A stretch of 61,610 nucleotides of DNA, counting the filler, from Choristocarpus tenellus KU-1152 (lineage: Eukaryota > Protista > Phaeophyceae), in the NCBI GenBank assembly GCA_964200185.2. It is 12 parts of 12 records of this genome, joined end to end, with 100 filler letters (N's around TTAATTAATTAA, not from the genome) between each part and the next. Parts side by side here need not be neighbours in the genome. Positions count along the whole stretch, not along the records: positions 47,177 to 54,166 come from CAXNAD020006916.1; positions 54,267 to 58,502 come from CAXNAD020015550.1; positions 58,603 to 61,610 come from CAXNAD020022973.1; 9 more parts are not named here. One strand, 5' to 3'. Position 1 is the stretch's first letter. Every line of letters begins with the position of its first letter. Under the pieces are notes generated by a model that did not search any database, was not told the DNA's origin, and worked only from the letters and a program-made list of their open reading frames with translations. Positions 51,382 to 61,610 of the stretch are shown one piece after another. The position numbers and the translations under genes were made by a program.

Positions 51382-54300
51382 GTTTGTCACCTGGGTTATG
51401 GAGACGTTATCCTTATTTACTCATGACACACATGTGTGCATGTAAATGCACTGCCCTTATGGACACACAACATGTGTTATGTATGCGGGTGTGTGAGTAT
51501 GTGTAATGCTGAATCAGACAGCACACTACTGCAGTAATCCAGAGTAAGTACGAGCTTGGTTTGACACATATTGTTCGAGTTTAACCCTTCTGAAGAGAGT
51601 GTTGCAAATCGAAACAGTTTTGCCAGTTTACGTTGAATCAACTCAAGAGCTTTTGGCGTACTTTTTGCCGTTAGAAAAAAAGAACGGGTAGCCCACATGA
51701 ACTTGTAAAACTCTTCTTTTTTGACGAGTCAAAGGGTCAGACCATCAGAAGCCTTCCCTGTTTCTGCATTATTGATATGATTGTAGAGAGTCATAGAGCC
51801 GTAGTATCTTTGAGGGCTCGGTGTAAGAGACCTCTATTGACTGCCTTCGGGTAGATGTGCTCCTAGTATTTGGAAGGCAATTTCCTGCGTGCATGGATGA
51901 ACGTCTGTCTTCTCTTCTGGAGGTAGTGTACTCTCTCTGATAGGGGTCAATCCCACTACAGGCATGGATATAAGGGGGTCAGGCAGATGCTTTTATGAGC
52001 CCCTGATACTCTAAAGGGTATAAATCGATCACCTCTTCAGGATGCTGGTGTGGTTCATAACTGAGATATATCATAGGAAATAGGTAGGTATGGCCCTACC
52101 TTGTTATGGAAGCAATAGGTATGAAGTAAGAGGGCGAGATAGATGAATGAAGTTTAAAGGGTCGTTATTATGGTTTTGAATCAATACTAGCGGTATATTC
52201 TACATAGACTAGTGAATGTGCCTCTGCGTGAGAGCTGTGTTTTGAGAGGTTTGGTTGAGGTAGCAGGTTTGCAGTGCCAAAAGACCGAAATAAGGGCAGG
52301 TTAAAATGGTGATTACATGCTCTGATTGTCTCTGAAGGTGTTGTGCTGTCCAATCTGCAGACATGGTAGGCGTCCATGTATGTGTTGTTGAGGCTGGGTT
52401 GTTGGTGAAGTTGACAATCCTCATCTGCAGTGGTTGTAGATTGTTCTAATCGGTTGGTTTCTGTGCGTAGGCCATACACGACACTCCGGAAGTCTGACAA
52501 GCGACACATGAATCTTTGGTTCAGTGTGCCGAATCGGAGTCGAAGTATGTGCTTCCAGCATGCAGAGTAAAAGGAAATGCACTACCAAGCTGAAGGGATC
52601 TTGAGAAGAGCATGCATGAAGGATTATCCCTTTCATATTCAATACTCCTTGATTCACCACAGTCACGATGAAGTGTGGAATACGTGAATGCTTGGTGTCC
52701 ATTGCAAGTCTACCCGGCGCAACCTCCTTGCGCTCACTTGTGTTCTCCAAGCTGAGATGAGCTTAGGGGTAGAAGCAGCCGTGGTGAAAGTACATTTGCT
52801 TGTGAATATTCAAAGAATAATGGTCTGTCCTCGCTGTAAAAAAAAAAAATAGCTTGTTTTGTCTGTCTGGGTGGGTTTAGTGTTAGAGAGTACTCGAGGT
52901 GTACCAGGCAGAGACACAGCCAATTCAAAGGACCCTATTTGTATTTGTGTTGGATGAGTAGTGCGTTCACCGGCTTTGCTTGTAAAGTTGTTAAGTGGAG
53001 TTGTTACGGGATGACAATGGTCATAATTTGGTATAGTTTGTCGTACTATTTCCATGCTAGGGCTTGAATCAGTGTGCTGGCTTTGCCTCCCTTCCCCGTC
53101 ACCCTGCCACCCAGTGCGATTGATTTTTTTTCGAATGACTTCTTCCCCCCTCCCAAAAAAACAAAACAAAAAAAAACATAGTGTTGTCCCAGGTGTCTTG
53201 TCATACAGCCAATGTGCATTGGAGCATTGGTTATAGTTACAGGTAACCAATCAGCTCAGGAACTTGGTCGTCCTCCTGCTTGTTTAAGTTGTGACAGTGG
53301 GTTTAGAGTTTGTGCATCGTAGCCTTAACCCTAAACCTTCTCTATATATACTTCGTTTATTTTGTTTTTAAAAAGGAGTGTGGTGTATGCAGTCGGGAGC
53401 AGAACGCCGAGGTTGATATGGCGTATGAGAAGGCACGTAGTTGTCCTTATTTTTAAACTAGTCTTTGCATTAGTCTATGTGAGGTTTGAAAAGGGTAGAG
53501 GTCAAAGATGTACTTTTTTTAAAAAATGCACTGTTTGAGAGAGGTGCTGCAACAGCAGGTACCAAATACAAAAGGGAACAAGAAGAAAAAAGGGCAAGTG
53601 AAAATGTAAAGAAACAATAAAATGAAGAGCGTATCTATGGGAGTGGCAAAGAGAAGGGAGGCGTTGCGCTTGCGCAGGGGAGAATCCCCTTGTCCTTGGG
53701 GAACCAACCCACTGCATTATTTTTTTCTCTTTCTCGCGGATGTTTTTGAAAAACCTAACCCTAACTCTAACCCTAAATTGTGTGTGAGAAATGTCCCTAA
53801 CCAGCCAAGGAAATGTTCTTGAAGAGGTTAATGGTGGAGTATTGTGTGCACCCTGGGGAACCGTAGCATCTCAAGGATCCACCGCTTTTCACTTTTTTGC
53901 ACTTGTTTTTGAGGTTCTAGCTCTAACCCTATAACCCTAACCTGTGTGTGAGAAATAGCACTTGAGCTTTGTTTCATGAAGTGGAAAAAAGTATGACAGT
54001 GGGGGTTCTACAAGGGCAGTGGGCTTTTCCGAAGACAGGGGGGTGCCCCTTTGTTCTTGAGTGTAGTGGTGCATTAACGCCCAAGACACAAACTTGATCT
54101 ATTTTTTATGAGGCATTGCGGAGTTGTGGTAGTGGATCGAGGTGGGGGATTGGTTGGGGAAGGGGGNNNNNNNNNNNNNNNNNNNNNNNNNNNNNNNNNN
54201 NNNNNNNNNNTTAATTAATTAANNNNNNNNNNNNNNNNNNNNNNNNNNNNNNNNNNNNNNNNNNNNCGGCACAAGGCATGGCTTCCACTTTATTCCCCTA

Positions 54301-54501
54301 CCAGCAACATACTGTACTGCTGTATGGTAGCATGACTCAGGAAGAAAGGCACTTTTCGCGAGAAATGTTTACGCGCTAAACTCGTGTGAATATCTCCCCG
54401 ATTTTGTACCAAGTCACCCGAATACGATAATTCCGGTACAAAAGTCTCTCTTTTTTTTAGTATGTCGAAAAAATAGGTACACATGAGAAATCAACGCTCC
54501 A

Positions 54502-54663
54502 GGCTCAAAGTATCTGTGTGTGTGTGGCAGCTGTCCATTTGGGGTCTATTTTTTCATGTTGCGATTTTTGGATGATTAGGTGGATAATGTAAGTGCACGT
54601 GTCCTGGTCAGGGTCCAAATAGACACCCTGGTGTAGCCCCCCCCCCCCCCAGGACTTTGAGGC
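54502..54663 (-). mobile_element. MITE family B copy with a poorly assembled end
   Basis: GGCTCAAAGTATCTG...CTGTCCATTTGGGG...poly-C; the internal sequence matches 8134-8297. Confidence 0.75.
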
Positions 54664-57600
54664 CCGATCCTTCCCCAAAGAACCCTTACGTACCTGGTCT
54701 AAANNNNNNNNNNGCTCTTTCCGATCCCCCAGATACTTTGAGCCTCGATTCTTCCCCAATGAAACTATCCTTACTTGTTATAAAAGCTTCACTCCATTCC
54801 GCACTACCAGCATAAAATAGATAAGGCGGCTTTGAATGATGATAGCTTGTCCTACAGAGGTGGTAACCAGGGTGGGCTGTGGGTTTCCCCTTGTGAAACA
54901 TATTTAACAGGGCAAGACCAGGGCCGACAGAGATTGTAACCAGGTTGGGCTTCGGACTGGGTGAAATATATATATACTTGGGTATATATATGGCATATGC
55001 TTGATTAGGGGTGAACCAGGGTCAACAAGAGTTTCTGCACGATCAGGCCATGGGCCTGTCCACAATGCAAATTGTATGAACCTTGCACTGTCAGCTCCCG
55101 GTTAATCTTGTTGTAATGATGAGAACACATGTAACTGATGAAGGTATTAATAAAATGCCGTACATTTCCTTGGGGAAGAGGACCACTACGCACAGCCTCA
55201 TATCCAAGACCACAAATTTCTCCAGGACTGCAGGAATATTTCCGTAAAATAGAAAAAGTATGGATCACCACCCATATAACATGGAAGCACTATTACAAAT
55301 GGTGAGGACCGTGTGCAAGAGCTTCGAGGAGACTATTAGTTAATGGAGGTGCTGCCATTTGCGGTTTTGTGGTGTGCAGTAACAATGCTTGTGCCTAAGA
55401 ACACAATGTTTGGGGAACTTGCAGCTAAGAAACTGAGGGGAAGGACGATGGTAGGACCAGAGAAAAACTGGTTATGCGTCCCAGATGACCTCGAGGGTTT
55501 CAGCATTCCAGCTGAAAATAAGGACTTCTTGGAGAAGATCCAACCACAGGTGGTACAAGCGTGCGGAGCATGGAGTCAAATCCTTATGATAAACGTTTGG
55601 CATACTACGGAGAACAAGCACTACAAATTTATCCTGGCAGAAATGACTACAATCACCAATTTCATGTGACACTGCCTGTTGAGATTTTGGTTTGTGTGGG
55701 GTTTGCCCAAGGGAACCCTACTTGTTTCTGATTGTGTCCTCTAGATTGCTTTGACTTTTGTATTACTACTAGTACTACTTGCGGAACTCTGAGTGACCAG
55801 ACCTTGCACATTTGCCTCAATCTTAAAGCGAAGCACATGCCAGAAAAAATTGGTGCATGGTTTGTCACTGGCATGGAGAAGAGACAAAAAATTGAAATAT
55901 GTAACATATACATATTGAGTATAAAAATGTCATGGGTAACCTAAAACTTATGTAAAAAAATACTAGTCATTACTACCCATATGGGCACAACATATTTATT
56001 AGAACAGCCCATATTTCTGCACCTTCTGTATAATACAGAGTTATGTTGTTGTAGTTCTGTAGTCTTGAGGGTCTTTTGGATAGGAAATTTTCTTGTTAAT
56101 GCCATATCTTTGCGGATTTAGTGAATATGTGACTTCTCACAGGTAGCAATCATGATCTCGGAATGCGTGAAAGATGTGGGTCTTTGGCCATGGAGTCAAC
56201 TGGGCCCTAAAGGAATCCTCGCTCCAACATAGAACACAATTGGACAGGTTGTTTATTTTATAATCTGATAAGGGACCTACCTTGATTGATACAGAGTAGT
56301 GATTAAGAGGACCTTGCACTTCCAATCCACCGGAAAAATGGAAATTTGAAATATGGTGGCACCAAGAACCTTGGTGATGTATTGCTATTGTCATAACTGC
56401 CCTTGCCTTGTGGCTCAAAACTAAGCATGAACGAGAAAGAAGGGGCTCCTGGACCATCTCACGTGCAGAGGGTGAGGCTCTCCTCCTATCTGTGTCGAGC
56501 AAAATTTACTTTGAAGTAGTGTAAGCCGCACACACAGCTCACTTCGTTTCTTATTACCATAAACACAAGCAGACATTTAGATACAGCAATAACAATATGA
56601 ATGATACACCATTTTTTATGTTAAGGTATGCATACACATCAAATAAATGTTTTGAATAACATACCACTCACTGACTGTGCAACGCAATGAATGTTGGTAG
56701 TACTGATCATATTAATGAAAATAATAATAAAACTATTATAGTAGGATATTCATAACATATATAGTGTAGTGTTGCTAATAGAACAGAGAATATTATGTAG
56801 TACTTGGTATGTACTATAATGGAAGGGGAGTAGGCCTAGAATCCCTGACGCACGATCTCTCCCCCCTTCCAGACCAGTGAGATGACACGTATTAGATTTG
56901 TACTGTTTCGAAATATTGAAAACCTATTGCACCCTCAGGAGGTATCGATTTCTACCTCAAGTATCCTGGTATCACTGGGAACTCCCCATTCCAGACCTTA
57001 CACCCTCCATTGATCCTTTCTTGTGCTTACATTACTGTGGAAGCGTTTACAACGTTGGACCCAGCAAGTAGATAGCTGTACTATCAATGCTTCACAATAT
57101 TGCTACTACAACAACAATGGGTTTCCAAGTAGTGTAAATAGCCCTGTTGTTAGACAAAACAACAAACGGCTAAACAAAGTCTCATAGGCGAGCACCATCT
57201 AATATTTTGCTATGCACACGCATCAACAATGGGCTCCGAAGCACTACAATATTTCCTATTGCTGCTACTCCGTAGCCTTTCCCATCGACCACATTCCTGA
57301 CTAGGTGTACACAGTGGAGTATAGAGAACTGCACCTGTGAGCATGGGTCCATGGACTGCATGGGGATATGTATGCAATACACTTTGGAGAGTCTCTGTGT
57401 CGCATACAGGTGTTGCACAGAGTCTTTGATGCTACACAAATGTTGAATGCGAGTTTGGCTCACAGCATGTTACCTAGCGCCCATCCCTACTCCATACCTT
57501 TTGCGGCTACGGCACCTGCTGCTGCTGCCGCTGCTTTGGTAAACTCCGGCCGTGTTAAACTGAATCAATCGCATATTGCACATGGGCGTTACTCAACTCC

Positions 57601-58337
57601 CTCGCATGGTGTGCTTCCAAGTAGTACATAACACTGTCAAGGCACACACAAACCACTAACGAAAATTTGGAACGATTGGTGATATTTGATGCAATGTATG
57701 TATGTATGTATCTATCTATAGCAACAAAGTTTTCAAACGGTTCTGTGACTCGTAGAGGTTTCTGTGGGAATCACAACACTTGGCCAAGACTAGTAAAGAG
57801 TTTGTCAGCATCGAAGTTAGTGCAGCAAGGCATCATCCAGTCAGTACTCTTCATCAACCATTGCAACAAGTGTGTAGTGCAATCACTCATCTTTCGAGGA
57901 AGGGTACAGGCGCAATTCGTAAAGTGTAATGGTGAGCTTCTCATCTTCGGCAGCTACATAACATGCACAACAGTAAAAAAAAATATTGCAGGAAATATAC
58001 ACCCGTGAGATGTAGTTCCGCCAGGAATCCATCAGGAGGGGGGATGTTGCTGGCGCTGTATTTGACGTGGTAGACGACCAAAGGTTTGCCAGAAAAATCA
58101 TGAAAAATGGTGCATGTTTATCTAAACCTTATCTATTGGGTCTTATGTTACCAACACCAATGTAGGTCAGCCACCACCTCAGTGTCAAAAGGATTCAAAG
58201 ACAGATCCAGATCTACTCAACTGTACAAAAGCCATCCACCACCTGTACACTCTCTCAATACCAGCCGAGGATGCCAAAAAAAATGCAAAAACGATGATTC
58301 ACTCTCTAAAATGCATCAAACAACCAGCTCCAGCACC

Positions 58338-58502
58338 CTAGTTGAAAGAGTAGGATGCTCCCACGAGGTCGTTGATGATGTACGGCTGGTTCGACAGCTC
58401 CTCGTGTACCATCATCGCCAGGATGCCCATTTGCGCCGCGCGCCCGTTGTTCAGCTCAATCGCCCTCTTAGATGCCTGCGTCTCCTCCGACATAGCATCC
58501 CA
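58338..58502 (-). CDS. LHCF: Fucoxanthin-chlorophyll a/c-binding protein, C-terminal part
   Basis: WDAMSEETQASKRAIELNNGRAAQMGILAMMVHEELSNQPYIINDLVGASYSFN*; ELNNGRAAQMG is the LHC helix-3 motif. The 5' part is cut by the linker. Confidence 0.96.
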   Translation of the reverse strand, partial: WDAMSEETQASKRAIELNNGRAAQMGILAMMVHEELSNQPYIINDLVGASYSFN

Positions 58503-58770
58503 NNNNNNNNNNNNNNNNNNNNNNNNNNNNNNNNNNNNNNNNNNNNTTAATTAATTAANNNNNNNNNNNNNNNNNNNNNNNNNNNNNNNNNNNNNNNNNN
58601 NNTACATACATACATACATACATACACACATACACACACACATACATACATTTACACACATTTACATGCTTGCCCTTTTCTTCCATCTCTCACCATCTCT
58701 GGCAATGCTGTTTTCCTCCCTCCCACTGACCCTATTATTGTATTGCACCGGTCTTGCTGGGTCTAAGCAG

Positions 58771-59013
58771 TCTGCACTGAACGAGGAGAGGGACTGCAGG
58801 ACCCTCAAGTAGATGAGGGAAACGCGGTAACCTCAAAAGCAATCTATCGACTATCTTCCGTGGTGAACCACCAAGGGCCAGCTTCAGGTGGACATTACTT
58901 CACCGATGTTCACGACAGAGCATCATCTGTACACTGCGATGATGCCCAAGTGAAGCAATGGTCTGGTACAAGTGGCTTCAAATGCCTACATCCTAGTTTA
59001 CACGCTTGTGTGA
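58771..59013 (+). pseudogene. Ubiquitin-specific protease (C19) C-terminal His-box exon with a frameshift
   Basis: YRLSSVVNHQGPASGGHYFTDV...CDDAQV in one frame, then NAYILVYTLV* in the +1 frame; cag acceptor at 58768-58770. Confidence 0.78.
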
Positions 59014-61610
59014 GCTGGTTGTAGATTTTTGCTGCCTCGGGCAATGAGAGATAACCAGATGTCCCTCTCCTCGTCTTGTATACACTTCACCTTGAGAGCT
59101 TTTGCCCCACAACGTTGGTGAAATGCCTCTTCTTCTGCTGTTCTTGCACCATCTGCATCTCCCTTGTCTTCTCCTTCCCTTTCCCCCTTCCTCCCCCATT
59201 CAACGTACTGGTGAGAAAATATCACGGAGGGGGTTGGAGGGAGTGCAACCCTTCAACGCCATCCATGGTACTCTGGTGATGGGCAACTTCTCCATTCCTG
59301 TCCCCGACGTGCTGTTGCCTTCCCTGCTCCTCCTCCTATATTGTCATCACAGGCATTCATGTACATCAGAGGGGTTAGATGCATATTCTAGTCTACTGTA
59401 TGAGAATGCTTGATCTGCAAAGAAACTTTCTAGTTACAAGGGTGTGGCCATCGCCATGAATATAGAGCTATTTACGGGGGGTCTATCGTCGGGGATGGTG
59501 TAGGGGCGAGTGGCACAGTAACTAACACCATGATGGTATGAAGCAGTGTATCTTGACGCAAAAAGGCAAAACATTAATATATATATACATATATCTGTGA
59601 ACACTGCCGGAGCACAGAAGCATACAGATTTAGTGCGGACTGCTTTCCCGATTGAAATGGAAAGGAGTAACCTATTATTGTTCTTCGATGATTCTGTGTC
59701 TTTGCTTTTGTGTGGTTTTAGCTAAGAGAAGTCCTCCTATTCTTTAGTGTGTTTTTCCCTCATTGTCCACATTCTTTGTCTGGATTAATATATATATATA
59801 TATATATAAGTGACAACTCTGATTGAAGTTCAAGCGATGTTTTGGTTTGTGGTGACTACATCAGTAAAAATATATGCACGTGGTTTGTGCCTTTCTTTGA
59901 GGCATCTAAATAATTTATTGCTTACTTCTCTGAGGTGAAGGTAGCAGTCATCATAATGGGACCCGCAGTTCATTTACGACTGTTCTGAAAGGCACGAAAC
60001 TATTCTTGTTGTCTTCTTGCCCTGTGTAACGCTGAGTATATATGCTTCGATCAACTAGTAGTAGCTGTTCCATTACCATGTTCTTGCTGCGGTAGCGTTT
60101 CGCCAGCTTTGCTATTCTACTACCTCACACCTCCTTCTAACAAAATAAAAATGAGCATCATCAGCAAGGAACCTTGCACTTGTTGAGCGATGGGGGAAGT
60201 GTTGTAACCCACATCCATGCCTACCTGACATTTTGTCACATTGAGGCAGGCGACCTTCATCCGCGGAGTTGCTTCACTTACGAACTGATGGTTGTATGTA
60301 TGCCACCCACTGCCTCTGTGGGGAATTCTGCTGTTGGCGGCGACCCTGACAGTGATAGGAGAGAGGTGCTGTGATACATGGTCTTCTCGATTGGTGTTGA
60401 CTCATGCAGGCTTAGTGATGATGTACCCCACCCGGAATACTCCAGTGGGGATGTAAGAATGATGGTCTAGCAATTAGTTCTTCCATTAGATTCAATTCTT
60501 CACATTTTCTCGCCCGCCACCTAGCCTAAATTGTTAAGACTAAAATCGTAGGCCTAACCATCCAAGGGTGGACAGAGAAGGAGCATGCGATCTTGAGGGG
60601 GGCACCCATTTTCAGGCAGTAGTATATCCTATGCAGTGATGCAGAGGTTGACAGGTGTATCTATTGCACGACCGTAATGACAGGAGTAATTTCTTCTAGG
60701 GACCATACAATATTGCGACTACATTACAGAGTGCCTCATATCCGATCCATGTATAATGAGCATTGTGTGTTTGCAGGTAGTTTGAAGTATCCAAACAAAT
60801 ATTCTTTCAAAATATTTCTGAAATATGATAGGATGATAGATCTTGCAGTCTGATGAGAGTACCTAAAACACAACAGGTAGAGGTGTACACATGAGACGAA
60901 TGGTGCAACTTCGTTACGTGACACGTGAGGATGCATCCTGATTTTTCTTCCTTCTTTCCAGTTTTCGTGTTATATACTGTCAATCAATCCGTCTGACGCA
61001 TGAACTCGATCTCTTATTGGTTGATCAAAGAGAAAATCAATCAGGTTTATGGAGGAAAGTTCGTTTATACTTACAGCTTCTCTGACCTACTTGAGGTGCG
61101 CTTGACATCATACTGGAGATATGTGGGTGGTCTCACACATGAGGAAAGAACCGCAACAAGTTGTTTGCCTCGATCCAGTCCATGACAATTTGCGGCTAGG
61201 TGTGTCGGCTAATCAGAGCACTCATTCCACAATACGTCAGTATATTTCCATACATCACTCATCACATATGGATGGATGCCTTGAGACCATCTTGATAGGA
61301 ATTTCACACAAACTCACTGTCATCGGTTTCTTGGGCTCCTTGGAGTCGAACGAAAAATTATTGCGACAAGACTCATCTGCACAGTAGCTTCCTTCATCAA
61401 CAGGGGTGTAGAGGGAAAACATAATAATATTAAGAATGTTTACTATTTCGGTATTTAATACAACAAAACCAAATCTACATGCAAGCAGTCGATAGTAGAG
61501 GATGAGAGACGATCCCCTCAAAAAAAGGCAAAAAAACGAATGGTAGGATAACAAACAAGACACCACCGCACAAGAAGGAAAGGTAGACTCTTAGATGGAC
61601 CATACAAGAG

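Noticed and set aside
55343-56500. Protein-like broken frames (WLCVPDDLEG..., ALALWLKTKHERERRG...)
   Set aside because: Probably a decayed TE or gene, but I could not recognise any family motif.
1-61610. tRNA, rRNA or prokaryotic operons
   Set aside because: No cloverleaf, rRNA-like tract or gene-dense intronless region was seen by eye; tRNAscan-SE and Infernal would be needed to exclude small RNAs.

Overview
Eukaryotic nuclear DNA, most likely from a brown alga (Phaeophyceae). The anchors are a fucoxanthin-chlorophyll a/c protein C-terminus, a bipartite plastid presequence and brown-algal-type Cys-rich repeats. The window is not contiguous: it is 12 short scaffolds joined by 11 identical artificial 100-nt linkers (N44-TTAATTAATTAA-N44), so nothing can be inferred across linkers. 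Genes are intron-rich, so most of the ORF track is spurious; I rebuilt exon chains by hand from GT-AG sites and phase. One gene is complete: a plastid-targeted DUF1995 gene with 6 exons. Partial genes are an NCX-type Calx-beta exchanger, NUP133, a type II membrane protein, a modular Cys-rich repeat protein, two EF-hand proteins, a ParB/Sulfiredoxin-fold protein, a TPR co-chaperone, LHCF and a frameshifted USP domain. Mobile DNA comprises Copia remnants, a PIF/Harbinger transposase pseudogene, an RLE non-LTR fragment, a foldback element and two related MITE families with 4-bp target-site duplications (Sola2-like). The most notable items are the spliced ParB/Srx gene next to a nested palindrome (a possible undescribed mobile element), CpG decay in repeats implying cytosine methylation, and the two-exon Cys-rich module gene. 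Family assignments come from motif recognition, not database searches.
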